A stretch of 64,000 nucleotides of DNA from an uncultured bacterium (GTDB taxonomy: Bacteria; Patescibacteriota; Minisyncoccia; Phycocordibacterales; PALSA-1337), in assembly GCA_903839725.1 (NCBI GenBank), contig CAIMDG010000002.1:241117-305116 (forward strand), written 5' to 3'. The notes beneath the pieces are model-generated. The model was not told the DNA's origin. It saw only the letters and a list, made by a program, of their open reading frames with translations, and did no database searches. The position numbers and the translations under genes are program-made. The stretch's first letter is position 1; each line of letters opens with the position of its first letter. Shown piece by piece: positions 20,311-30,298 of this stretch.

Positions 20311-20970
20311 ATGAAACAATTTACTCAACAAGAAATCCAAGATCAATTTGATAGACTTCCTACGGAAGTACAGAATGCTATCAATGCAAGTGACTTGCCT
20401 GACAAGATCAGCAGTATAGGCAAAAAGTACGCACTGCATACTGATCAACTTGGTGAACTTGTTGATGAAATAGGTCTCGTTATACTCGGACTTCGACGAT
20501 CATCAGCATTCATAGGTGACATGATCGAGCGCGCTTCACTCAGCTCAAAAGATGCTCATGCAATCGCTGAGGAGGTTAACACTAGTATCTTTTCGACGAT
20601 AAAAGCACATCTCCAAAACGTTGAAAGATTAAATACTGACTCAGCGGATATGGTTCAAGCGGCATCAGATATATCAACGCTCGAACGAGCAGGGGATTTC
20701 ACTATAGACAAGCAAGCTGTTGAGCCAAAGATTGACGTAACAGCAGCTGACAGGCCTCAAATCCTAGATAATGTAGAATATCCAAAGCCTACAACTCCAA
20801 CACCATATAAACAAATTGATCCATTGATAGACCACTTATTGAGCAACCCTGTTTCATCGACCGTCCAAAACGTAAAAATCGTTGAGGCACCAACCAAACC
20901 TACTGAAACTAAGCCCACAGCTCCACCACTAGTACGTAAAGTAGACACTTACCGAGAACCAATTAAATAA
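20311..20970 (+). CDS. Hypothetical protein
   Basis: 219-aa ORF ending DTYREPI. Confidence 0.75.
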   Translation: MKQFTQQEIQDQFDRLPTEVQNAINASDLPDKISSIGKKYALHTDQLGELVDEIGLVILGLRRSSAFIGDMIERASLSSKDAHAIAEEVNTSIFSTIKAHLQNVERLNTDSADMVQAASDISTLERAGDFTIDKQAVEPKIDVTAADRPQILDNVEYPKPTTPTPYKQIDPLIDHLLSNPVSSTVQNVKIVEAPTKPTETKPTAPPLVRKVDTYREPIK

Positions 20971-21020
20971 TCGAGTTATACTCTTAGCTCCCACGACATA
21001 CCTCTGATATAATAGAGTCA

Positions 21021-21455
21021 ATGCGTTTTCAAGTTCCCCAATTCATCGAGATTGAAGATAAGATCTTCGGATCACTGACTCTCAAGCAGTTTATTTATCT
21101 TGCTGGAGGAGGCGGGCTTTCATTCTTGGTATATGTATTCATTGGCAATCTCTTCATCTCACTCATACCGATCGCTATTATTCTTGGTATTTCTGGTGCT
21201 CTCGCTTTTTATAAAATAAACAGAAAGCCCTTTGTGGCAGTACTTGAATCTGCATTCAAATATTATCTTGGTACAAAACTCTACATTTGGAAAAAAGAAG
21301 AAAAACCTCGTGCTGATAATGTACAGATGGCAGTAAAGGATGCGAAATTATACGCATCAGTTATGGTTCCTAAGATTTCTGATAGCAAACTCAAGGACCT
21401 AACATGGAGTCTCGATATCAAAGAAAGTATGTATTCAAACAATAACCAGAGATAA
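21021..21455 (+). CDS. PrgI-family (VirB3-like) protein
   Basis: MRFQVPQFIEIEDKIFGSLTLKQF plus 2 TMs, upstream of VirB4. Confidence 0.85.
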   Translation: MRFQVPQFIEIEDKIFGSLTLKQFIYLAGGGGLSFLVYVFIGNLFISLIPIAIILGISGALAFYKINRKPFVAVLESAFKYYLGTKLYIWKKEEKPRADNVQMAVKDAKLYASVMVPKISDSKLKDLTWSLDIKESMYSNNNQR

Positions 21456-21456
21456 T

Positions 21457-22098
21457 ATGGCGAACAAATCCCAAACAACTCAAGATTTCGTACCCGTACA
21501 AGAAGTACGTGATGGTGTCGTTATTCTCAAGAATGGGGGAATGCGTTCAATCGTATTGGCATCATCATTGAACTTTGCCCTCAAATCACAAGATGAACAA
21601 GGTTCTATTTTGATGCAATTTCAAAACTTCTTGAATTCTCTCGATTTCTCAGTACAAATATTCATACAATCAAAAAAGCTTGATATACGACCATATCTTG
21701 CACTTCTCGAAGATCGCTACAAAGACCAAGTGACTGAACTTATGAAGATACAGGTGCGAGAATATATCGAATTCATCCGAACATTCGTTGAAAGTACTAG
21801 TATTATGTCCAAGAGTTTCTTCGTAGTTATTCCGTATGATCCACCAATGATCAATTCCAAGAATAATATACTTGGATCAATGATGCCAAGTAAAAATAAA
21901 TCAGACACTGCAAAACAAACTGCTGATGCTCAATTCCAGGAATACAGAAGTCAGCTTGAACAGCGCGTAGCCGTTGTTGAACAGGGACTCGTTCGTTGTG
22001 GAGTTCGTACCGCTGAGCTTGGTACCGAAGAAGTGGTAGAATTGTTCTACAAGCTCTTCAACCCAGGAGAAACCGAGAAACCAATACAAATAACATGA
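21457..22098 (+). CDS. TraC/VirB4 N-terminal-like protein
   Basis: LNFALKSQDEQ..FLNSLDFSVQI; between PrgI and the VirB4 ATPase. Confidence 0.7.
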   Translation: MANKSQTTQDFVPVQEVRDGVVILKNGGMRSIVLASSLNFALKSQDEQGSILMQFQNFLNSLDFSVQIFIQSKKLDIRPYLALLEDRYKDQVTELMKIQVREYIEFIRTFVESTSIMSKSFFVVIPYDPPMINSKNNILGSMMPSKNKSDTAKQTADAQFQEYRSQLEQRVAVVEQGLVRCGVRTAELGTEEVVELFYKLFNPGETEKPIQIT

Positions 22099-23903
22099 GT
22101 ATATTTTCAAACATATTTAAAAAGAAAGACTCACCAATCGTCTCTATCCTCCCTGAAGAGATCTACCAGGCCGGTGTTCTCGAACTCAAGGATGTTATTG
22201 CTCCTTCTGCACTCAAGGTAACACCAAAAGAGATCAATCTTGGTGAAAAGGTTGGCCGTACACTCTTTGTTATTTCATATCCACGCTTCCTTGATGAAAG
22301 TTGGTTTGCTCCTATCATCAACCTCGACAAGGTATTCAACGTTTCTATATTTATTCATCCTGTTGACACTGCTCGAGTTCTCCGTCATTTCCAGAAGAAG
22401 GTTGCTGAAGTACAAAGTCAGATATCACGCCGAGAAGAGAAGGGTCTGGTGCGTGATCCAAGTCTCGATACTGCGTATCAGGACCTCGAAATGCTTCGTG
22501 ACCAGCTCATGCAAGCGCAAGAACACCTCTTTGATGTTGGTGTGTATATCACTATTTACGCCAACAATGACAGTGAATTGGACAAGCTCGAATCTGAAAT
22601 CAAATCAATTCTCGAGTCAAAACTTGTCTATGTTAAGCCTGCTCTATTCCAGCAAGAACAAGGATTCAAGAGTGTTATTCCAATAGCCGACGACCAGTTG
22701 GCAGTGTACTCGAAGCTCAATTCTTCGCCACTTTCAAGTCTTTTCCCATTTGTTTCATTCGACCTTACTTCAGACAAGGGTATTCTCTATGGTATCAACC
22801 GCCACAACTCATCATTGGTGCTTTTTGATCGTTACAGTCTCGAAAACTACAACTCCGTAACTTTTGCTACTGCCGGTGCCGGAAAATCATACTGTACGAA
22901 ACTAGAAATCCTCCGCACACTGATGTTCGATGTCGATGTTCTCGTGATTGACCCTGAAAAAGAATACGAATACATGGCCGAAGCAACTGGTGGAAAATAT
23001 TTCAACATATCTCTTAACTCAGAACACCATATCAACCCATTCGACCTTCCTATAGCTCATGAAGGGGAGTCGGCGTCTGACATTCTCCGCTCGAACATCA
23101 TCAACTTGGTTGGATTGTTCCGTATTATGCTTGGAGGTTTGACCCAAGAGGAAGATGCTATCGTCGATCGTGCTATTTCTGAAACATATGCTTTGAAGGA
23201 TATTACTCCAGAATCTGATTTCAGAAATATTGAACCACCGCTTCTTTCAGACTTTGAACTCGTATTGGCAGGAATGGAAGGCGCCGATTCGTTGGTACAG
23301 CGTTTGTCAAAATATACCAAGGGAACATGGGCAGGATTCATCAATCGCCCCTCGAACGTAGATATCAACAATAAATTCGTTGTCTTTTCATTGCGCGACA
23401 TGGAAGATGAACTCAAGCCGGTAGCTATGTATATCGTTACACACTATATTTGGAATGCTATTCGTAAGAATCTCAAGAAACGTCTTCTTGTTATCGATGA
23501 GGCATGGTGGATGATGAAATCCGAAGACACAGCTTCATTCTTGTTCGGTTTGGCAAAACGTGGACGCAAATACTTCCTCGGACTTTCTACTATTACACAG
23601 GACGTGGACGACTTCTTGAAATCTCCATATGGTATGCCAATCGTATCAAACTCATCTATCCAAATTCTTCTCAAACAATCACCAACTGTTATTGATCACA
23701 TTCAGCAAACATTCAACCTTACTGATGAAGAGAAATACTTGCTTCTCGAATCAGATGTTGGAGAGGGAATATTCTTCGTAGGACTCAAACACGTTGCCCT
23801 CAAAATCATTGGTTCATATACAGAAGATCAAATTATCACTACAAACCCTGCTCAAGTTATGCAAATACGCCAGGCCAAGAAAGATCTCGAGAATGCAGGA
23901 TAA
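22095..23903 (+). CDS. VirB4-like type IV secretion ATPase
   Basis: Walker A AGAGKS, IDPEKEY, INPFDL, Walker B VIDEAW, RKY..ITQDV. Confidence 0.9.
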   Translation: MSIFSNIFKKKDSPIVSILPEEIYQAGVLELKDVIAPSALKVTPKEINLGEKVGRTLFVISYPRFLDESWFAPIINLDKVFNVSIFIHPVDTARVLRHFQKKVAEVQSQISRREEKGLVRDPSLDTAYQDLEMLRDQLMQAQEHLFDVGVYITIYANNDSELDKLESEIKSILESKLVYVKPALFQQEQGFKSVIPIADDQLAVYSKLNSSPLSSLFPFVSFDLTSDKGILYGINRHNSSLVLFDRYSLENYNSVTFATAGAGKSYCTKLEILRTLMFDVDVLVIDPEKEYEYMAEATGGKYFNISLNSEHHINPFDLPIAHEGESASDILRSNIINLVGLFRIMLGGLTQEEDAIVDRAISETYALKDITPESDFRNIEPPLLSDFELVLAGMEGADSLVQRLSKYTKGTWAGFINRPSNVDINNKFVVFSLRDMEDELKPVAMYIVTHYIWNAIRKNLKKRLLVIDEAWWMMKSEDTASFLFGLAKRGRKYFLGLSTITQDVDDFLKSPYGMPIVSNSSIQILLKQSPTVIDHIQQTFNLTDEEKYLLLESDVGEGIFFVGLKHVALKIIGSYTEDQIITTNPAQVMQIRQAKKDLENAG

Positions 23904-23928
23904 TAAAAGGGGGTGATATAATGAATCT

Positions 23929-25140
23929 ATGGCAGAACAAATCGGAAAACCCACATATAGAGTAGGAATTATGGGAGGAATTGTGTGGCTTACCATAGCT
24001 ACTGTGGCTGATTTGTTTACTCTTATCCCATTTGTTGGGGATTTTGTTGGGCCTATATTCTGGGTATGTTTCAGTATATATCTCTGGAAAATCGGTTGTG
24101 GTTTTATAAATGCACGACGATTGGCTACTGAAGTCGTGTCTGCTGTAGGGGAGATGATACCTGTAGTACAAGAATTGCCACTCATTCTTGCAGGAGTACT
24201 TGTTGTCCTTATCATGATTCGATTTGAAGATAAAACGGGTATAAGTGTTATGCCTGCAAAAGGTAAATTTGGAATAGCTAAAAAGGGGTCAGATGGTAAT
24301 TACCTCAATCAAGGTAAGACAAAGGAGTTATTCAATAAAGGCTACGGAAACCCACTCAATGAAAATGGAGTACGAGCTCCACAAACAGGGAATACGTACC
24401 GACCTGAACAAGGTGGTCAAACAATAACAGCCAATATGTCAGGGGCTGGGAGATCATTTAATGTGAATGGTGTCAGAGTGCCATCACAACCAAGAGCTTC
24501 TGTGGCAGGAGTGTCGAATACGGCTACGGCTTACAGTGAACCAACTTTTTCGAAAGGGCCATCAACTGGTTATGATGCAAAAAATGCATTTATGTCTTCA
24601 CAAAAAGGTGCCAACCCCGATAAAGATCTCGCAGATGCTCAGGCGGCGTATGAAAAAGCTAAGCAATCAAATGTTGATGTAGAAAGTTCACAGCACGCAT
24701 ACTCTGAACGAAATATGGATGAGGCATACAGGAATATGCAATCAGCAAAAGAAAATCAGAGAAGAAAGGCTGAGCTTGGCGACAAAGCGTACGCAACTGA
24801 ACATAAAGCTAATCTTGAATCTAGGTGGGATGAACAAAATAAACGAGAGGAGGGGGATGGTTCAATAAAAATGAATACCAGAAGAGTAGGTGATGGTGCA
24901 AATACGACCAATACTTCCTCATCAGAACTTGGCACAGATTCTTCAACCGGTATGGAATGGTCTCATGCAGGAATTATACGAAAAATGGATTCCGCTACAG
25001 GTGGACGAGCAGGGAGATTGGCTGACAAAATAGGTAAAGTCGCAGGCGTTGATGGATCTGTTGCTCATTCGCTTGCTACCGGAGAAGGTATTCAGGCGGG
25101 TACATCTAAAAAAGAGCTTGGGGACAAAATGAACCCATAA
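23929..25140 (+). CDS. Hypothetical membrane protein with low-complexity C-terminus
   Basis: N-terminal TMs (IPFVG, EMIP) and G/S/N-rich tail. Confidence 0.7.
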   Translation: MAEQIGKPTYRVGIMGGIVWLTIATVADLFTLIPFVGDFVGPIFWVCFSIYLWKIGCGFINARRLATEVVSAVGEMIPVVQELPLILAGVLVVLIMIRFEDKTGISVMPAKGKFGIAKKGSDGNYLNQGKTKELFNKGYGNPLNENGVRAPQTGNTYRPEQGGQTITANMSGAGRSFNVNGVRVPSQPRASVAGVSNTATAYSEPTFSKGPSTGYDAKNAFMSSQKGANPDKDLADAQAAYEKAKQSNVDVESSQHAYSERNMDEAYRNMQSAKENQRRKAELGDKAYATEHKANLESRWDEQNKREEGDGSIKMNTRRVGDGANTTNTSSSELGTDSSTGMEWSHAGIIRKMDSATGGRAGRLADKIGKVAGVDGSVAHSLATGEGIQAGTSKKELGDKMNP

Positions 25141-25202
25141 TTATTGTTATAACTGGTGATAACTTCTTATGCCCATTCAGATATTCATGATAAAATACTG
25201 TC

Positions 25203-26231
25203 ATGAATCGTCGTTTTATTTCTCTTTTTATACTCTCATTCGTACTCCTTACCGGCATTGCACATGCCCAAATCCCGACACTTTCTAGTACTGGACTCAA
25301 TCTGAATGCGTCAACAAATAACCCAATACCAGGACAAAACGTCACCATCACTGCGACAAGCTATAGTGCCGACTTGGATACGTCTCAAATTTCATGGATT
25401 GTAAATGGAAAACTCTTTCAAAGTGGTATTGGTATGAAGAAGCTCGATGTCAAAGCACCCCCTCTCGGCAAAGAATTGAGTATTGATGTGAACGCTGTCA
25501 CTTCAAGTGGCAGAAAAATGATTTCAAACATTGTCGTTGGATCTGGCTCAGTTGATTTGATCATAGAGTCTGATGGCTACGTACCACCTCTCTTTCTCGG
25601 AAAAATTGCTCCTGTAGTACAAAACAAAGTTACTGTTATTGCCATGCCTCATATCGCTGATTCTTCAGGCAAGGAATATGATCCGAAAGATCTCGTGTAC
25701 AAGTGGGAGCGAAATGACAGTGTTCTTCAGGACCAATCAGGTTATGGAAAACAATCTGTTTCTATAAAGGGAACTGTGCTGCCACGAGGGTATACTCTCA
25801 ATGTCACTGTGCAATCTCGTGATAATAAAGCTCAAGCAAAAGGTTCGATAGGTATCGGTTACGCAGGCCCTTCTGCGCAGTTTTATGTGAATGATTCCTT
25901 GTATGGGGTATTTTACAACCGAGCAATTAAAAATTCACTCTCAATCGGTTCAAGTAGGGAATCGGGAGTGCGTGTAGTTCCTTATGGCTTCAATAAGCCA
26001 TCAAATGACATTGGTGATCTATCTCTTGCATGGACAATCAATAGTACTGATCATCCAGAATTAAATACGAATGAATCTATCATCATCCGTGCGCCGGAAA
26101 ATTCTGACGGAGTTTCAAATGTTTCACTCAGTATAAATAATACAAAAGAAATACTTCAAAGTGTGCAAGCAAATTTTTCTGTAAAATTTAAGAAAAATAC
26201 AGGTTCAGCAAGTGATGCGGTAACTTTTTAA
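25203..26231 (+). CDS. Hypothetical secreted beta-rich (Ig-like) protein
   Basis: Signal peptide; ISWIVNG, YKWERN, LAWTIN segments. Confidence 0.7.
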   Translation: MNRRFISLFILSFVLLTGIAHAQIPTLSSTGLNLNASTNNPIPGQNVTITATSYSADLDTSQISWIVNGKLFQSGIGMKKLDVKAPPLGKELSIDVNAVTSSGRKMISNIVVGSGSVDLIIESDGYVPPLFLGKIAPVVQNKVTVIAMPHIADSSGKEYDPKDLVYKWERNDSVLQDQSGYGKQSVSIKGTVLPRGYTLNVTVQSRDNKAQAKGSIGIGYAGPSAQFYVNDSLYGVFYNRAIKNSLSIGSSRESGVRVVPYGFNKPSNDIGDLSLAWTINSTDHPELNTNESIIIRAPENSDGVSNVSLSINNTKEILQSVQANFSVKFKKNTGSASDAVTF

Positions 26232-26234
26232 ATC

Positions 26235-27452
26235 ATGAATTCATTTTACACAAAAATACATATCATCATTCTTGTTCTTATTCTTAGTATTTTCTGCATA
26301 CCAACAGTCCAATCGACACATGCACAAAATGGAAATATCCAAGGTGGTTATACACTTCTCGAACCACTTCCAGATATTACAAATGGGGGAGGGTCAGTAA
26401 CAAATGTACAATTTCAGGATTATATTGGATACGCATTCAATCTCATGATTGCTTTGGCCGCTGTTGCTGCAGTCTTCATGATTGTTTGGGGAGGTCTCCA
26501 ATACATGAGTACAGATGCATGGGAAGGGAAGTCTGCCGGTATATCCAAACTCAAAAATGCAGTGCTTGGTTTATTACTTATTCTTTGCTCCTATTTAATA
26601 CTGAGAACAATAGACCCAAGACTCGTTACAATACCGTCAACACTGGTACCTCCACTTACAGGACTTGACTACACTCCACAAATCAATAATTTCCTCAAAG
26701 GGATTACTGGTGAAATGAATAGCATGCGAGTTGAAAATGCACAAATACTTACTGATGTGAACTCAGCAAGACAAACTGTTGATGATTTGGAAATACAGAT
26801 TCAAGAGCTTATGGGTGAAGAAGGTTGGACTGATAGTTCAGACTATGAATCAGTATGTCAAACAGAAAACACAGATTTGCCAGCAGCATGTGCACAATAT
26901 GCAGCACTTATCGACCAACAAAAAACTGCTGAAGTTGCCATATCTGGTGGAGTCGCAAGAGGTGTCATGAATGACATAGTTGTCGGATGTACAGCCGGTT
27001 CTCCTGACGGGGCTTCGGACGCAGACCTGGCAACATGTCGATCAAAACTCTTGGCAGCTCGCGACAAACGTGTTGCGGAACTTAACGCACTTGGTGATCC
27101 TGCCGCTGCAGCCAAAGTAATGGACTATGGAGTATACGCATCTACATTACTCGACATGAATCAGTCAGTTACAAGCAAGATCGGCTCGGGAAACTGGATT
27201 ACCAGCGGACTCAAAAGTACTACCGAGGCAGCACTCTATGCAACAGGTCCAGTTAATGGTTTGATTGGTGGTGTTGTTATAAATGCAACTAGTAATGCAT
27301 GGGATAGATCAAATGCCGCCTTAGCTGTTACGGAGATTAACTCTGCCATGAGTAGAAACGTGGGACATATAACTGATCCAACAATAAAAGCAAAGTTAGT
27401 TAGCCAAGCAACAGCCATCGTAAGATCACTAGGTGGTACTCCAACTTTCTAA
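26235..27452 (+). CDS. TrbC/VirB2 pilin-like domain with long C-terminal extension
   Basis: YTLLEPLP, AVFMIVWGGLQYM..LKNAVLGLLL..YLILRTIDP. Confidence 0.75.
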   Translation: MNSFYTKIHIIILVLILSIFCIPTVQSTHAQNGNIQGGYTLLEPLPDITNGGGSVTNVQFQDYIGYAFNLMIALAAVAAVFMIVWGGLQYMSTDAWEGKSAGISKLKNAVLGLLLILCSYLILRTIDPRLVTIPSTLVPPLTGLDYTPQINNFLKGITGEMNSMRVENAQILTDVNSARQTVDDLEIQIQELMGEEGWTDSSDYESVCQTENTDLPAACAQYAALIDQQKTAEVAISGGVARGVMNDIVVGCTAGSPDGASDADLATCRSKLLAARDKRVAELNALGDPAAAAKVMDYGVYASTLLDMNQSVTSKIGSGNWITSGLKSTTEAALYATGPVNGLIGGVVINATSNAWDRSNAALAVTEINSAMSRNVGHITDPTIKAKLVSQATAIVRSLGGTPTF

Positions 27453-27482
27453 TAAATTAATGATGAAAATCTATTAAAAGAT

Positions 27483-28754
27483 ATGAAAAACCGAAATACA
27501 CAAATAATCATAGCGTTCATCATTCTGATCCTTGTGGCCGCGGCTATCTTTTGGTTTTTCTTTTTGAAAACTACACCGGTAACAACTCCAGGTGGGGATA
27601 CGACTCAACCAGGCTTTTCTCCTTTTGGAACAAGCACCCGTAGGACAGGCCCTGGAACGCCTCCTGGACAAGGAGGGGCCACAAGTACTACTAGCGCGAG
27701 TCCTATTCCTGTACTACGCCTTCTTAGTAATACGCCTGTTGGAGGATATGGCGCAAGCACTACTGCAAGCACAACAATTATTCGCTGGGTTGACCGTGGA
27801 CGAGGTAGTATACTCGAAACAACAGGGGATTCATTGGATATCAAGAAACTCTCAAATACTCTCGTTCCTCGTATATATCAAAGTCAGTGGAATAAAAACA
27901 TAAGTGCATTCATCGCCTCAGTAATACCTGAGAATAGTGCTCGCCAGAATACTATCTATACAGAAATGATGCCTCAAGCATCTTCGACCGGTGGCACTGA
28001 CTCAAGTACTTCTCTTTTTGAACTCAAAGGAAAAACTCTACCAGATGGTATTACTTCCTACTCAGTCTCACCAAAGAAAGACAAGGTGTTCTTCTTCAGT
28101 GTCCAAAATGGACGAGGTACAGGATACATATCAGCAATTACCGGTGGGGCTCTTACCCAAATCTTCGACACCCCTATCACTCAAGTTACAACTGATTGGC
28201 CAGAAGAAAATACTATTGTTATAACAACAAAGGGCGTTTCAAATGAAAATGGATTCTTGTATTTCATCAATCCAAAAACTGGTGTATGGAAAAAGATTGC
28301 GGGACCTATCCCAGGACTTACAGCTGTAGTAAACCACGATGCTTCGTACGCTCTTATATCTGCACGAGGAGTGGATGGAACAATTCAGACTGGAATATAT
28401 CGAGTAGCAAGCAGTACGATGATTAATGCCGTGATTCAAACGCTCGCAGATAAGTGTACGTGGGGTAACTTCTACAAAAATCTTATATACTGTGCAGTTC
28501 CAAGCAGACCAGTTGCTGGCTCATACCCAGAAGATTGGTATACAGGAATAGTTTCATTCTCAGATAAAATATGGCAAATGAATGCAACCACGGGAGAAAT
28601 TAACTTGGTTGCAAATATCATCGGCCAGAGTGATCGTCCAATAGATGGCTTCAATCTTGGTACAGATTCAAAAGATAACTTCCTCTTCTTCATGAATAAG
28701 ACCGACTTGTCATTATGGTCATTAGACTTGGTAAGTAGTAAAAGTACAAACTAA
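27483..28754 (+). CDS. Hypothetical membrane-anchored beta-propeller-like protein
   Basis: N-terminal TM; VSPKKDKV, KCTW, YCAVP, YPEDWY. Confidence 0.7.
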   Translation: MKNRNTQIIIAFIILILVAAAIFWFFFLKTTPVTTPGGDTTQPGFSPFGTSTRRTGPGTPPGQGGATSTTSASPIPVLRLLSNTPVGGYGASTTASTTIIRWVDRGRGSILETTGDSLDIKKLSNTLVPRIYQSQWNKNISAFIASVIPENSARQNTIYTEMMPQASSTGGTDSSTSLFELKGKTLPDGITSYSVSPKKDKVFFFSVQNGRGTGYISAITGGALTQIFDTPITQVTTDWPEENTIVITTKGVSNENGFLYFINPKTGVWKKIAGPIPGLTAVVNHDASYALISARGVDGTIQTGIYRVASSTMINAVIQTLADKCTWGNFYKNLIYCAVPSRPVAGSYPEDWYTGIVSFSDKIWQMNATTGEINLVANIIGQSDRPIDGFNLGTDSKDNFLFFMNKTDLSLWSLDLVSSKSTN

Positions 28755-28760
28755 TACATT

Positions 28761-28791
28761 AAAAAATCCCACCGATCTGGTGGGATTTTTT
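28761..28791. terminator. Bidirectional terminator
   Basis: AAAAAATCCCACC-GATCT-GGTGGGATTTTT between convergent genes. Confidence 0.8.
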
Positions 28792-28798
28792 AATGCGA

Positions 28799-29548
28799 CT
28801 ATTCTTTGAAATATTTCTTACGAATATATAATTCTTGACCGAGGGTGAATAGGGAACTGACTGACCAATATATAGCAATTATAGAAGCTGCTTGGGGAAA
28901 CTGTGACGGAATAAGCCAATATGTTGAAGCGAAAGCGAGGAGAGGCAACATGTATTTCATCTGTGTTGTCATTGAGCCAGATAACTTTGATGCAAAGTCA
29001 GAAGGAAGAACACCTCCATTTTTAGCAACCATCTCCTTGTGCTGACGTGAAGCAATAGAATAATGCATCTGGAAGAACTGTATAATTGCTGTCACAAGAG
29101 ACAATATAATGCTCTTTCCACTAATATTGAGACCGAGGAGGGTCAATGTAACTACGGGAACATGAACGAAGCTATATAACAATTCTGGATGGATTGCGGG
29201 ACTGATCTTATAAAACACTGAGATCAGTGCGATAAGTATCGGTAATTGAATAATAAGCAAAAGAACACCTGAAAAGGGCTTAATATTCTTTGTTTTGTAC
29301 AATTCCATCACTTTTGCAGCTTGCAACTGACGATCTTTACTGTATTGGGCCTTGATTTTGTTTGCCTCGGGCTCAATTTCTTTCATGCGAACCTGAGTGA
29401 GGAGGGCACTCTTCGAAAGAGGGAAGAGAATAAGTCGAATAATAACGGTAAATATAATAACAGCAACACCGACATCTACCCATGGAAGTACATCCATAAT
29501 ACCGACAAGCCCATTATAGAGAGGGCGAAATACAATTTCATTATACAT
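28799..29548 (-). CDS. yidC: Membrane protein insertase YidC
   Basis: FTVIIRLILFPL, IQLPILIAL, IYWSVS; follows rnpA. Confidence 0.92.
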   Translation of the reverse strand: MYNEIVFRPLYNGLVGIMDVLPWVDVGVAVIIFTVIIRLILFPLSKSALLTQVRMKEIEPEANKIKAQYSKDRQLQAAKVMELYKTKNIKPFSGVLLLIIQLPILIALISVFYKISPAIHPELLYSFVHVPVVTLTLLGLNISGKSIILSLVTAIIQFFQMHYSIASRQHKEMVAKNGGVLPSDFASKLSGSMTTQMKYMLPLLAFASTYWLIPSQFPQAASIIAIYWSVSSLFTLGQELYIRKKYFKE

Positions 29549-29559
29549 AGGCTTTAATG

Positions 29560-29895
29560 TTACCTCAAAAGTCTCGATTTCACAAAGACTTCCTTTACTT
29601 CAGTTTCAATAGCTTTTTGAGTTGCCTGGAATAATTGTGGCTTGGCAATAATCGCAATATGGGTGTTAGGAACTATTTCTGAAAAAATTACTCTTACTGC
29701 TTCATACATTTTCTTTCTAAATTTATTGCGCTGCACAGCTGTTTTAGCGATTTTCACAGGAACTGTTGTAGAAATTCTGGTATCAGGAGATCCGGGAAGG
29801 GCACGTAACAGAAAAAGGGCAGAGTGAGATACTCTCCCATTTTTCATAACTAATGCGAATTGTTCACCAGACAATCTCTGAGAACGAGGCAACAT
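29560..29895 (-). CDS. rnpA: Ribonuclease P protein component
   Basis: MLPRSQRL, KIAKTAVQRNKFRK RNR-like motif; downstream of rpmH. Confidence 0.9.
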   Translation of the reverse strand: MLPRSQRLSGEQFALVMKNGRVSHSALFLLRALPGSPDTRISTTVPVKIAKTAVQRNKFRKKMYEAVRVIFSEIVPNTHIAIIAKPQLFQATQKAIETEVKEVFVKSRLLR

Positions 29896-29896
29896 G

Positions 29897-30031
29897 TTAT
29901 ACAGCTACGCGCTTGCGACCCTTGGCTCGGCGACGTGCCAAAACCTTGCGACCAGGAGCAGTTTTCATGCGAACACGAAATCCGTGTGACTTGGCACGCT
30001 TTCTTTTGTTTGGATTATACGTAAATGACAT
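29897..30031 (-). CDS. rpmH: 50S ribosomal protein L34 (not in the ORF track)
   Basis: Manual translation [44 protein letters not shown]. Confidence 0.97.
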   Translation of the reverse strand: MSFTYNPNKRKRAKSHGFRVRMKTAPGRKVLARRRAKGRKRVAV

Positions 30032-30072
30032 GGGGATACTATAGTGTAAAAAGCTAATATATGCAAGCTAGG

Positions 30073-30190
30073 AGGCACAAGGGGTGTCTGTACTCATTTT
30101 CTGTACAAGTTTGTAAACATTGTGGTACGCGGTGTAATGTACATGTCTCTAAACTTGTACAGAAAATGAGTACAGACACCCCTTGTGCCT
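30073..30190. repeat. 40-bp perfect inverted repeat with 38-nt loop
   Basis: 30073-30112 is the exact reverse complement of 30151-30190. Confidence 0.92.
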
Positions 30191-30298
30191 ACCAAACAGG
30201 GAAAACAATTTTACTATCCCCAACTTATCAACATATTTTATCGCTCTCCACAAGTTTGCATATTTATAAACAGGTATATACTTAGAGACACCAAACCT

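Noticed and set aside
15448-28754. Integrative conjugative element or prophage
   Set aside because: No integrase, relaxase, att repeats or phage structural genes.
30185-30298. N-terminal extensions in the ORF track (dnaA, pcrA, M23 peptidase, ruvA, ruvC, holA, tsaE)
   Set aside because: Family N-termini and -10 spacing favour downstream ATGs.
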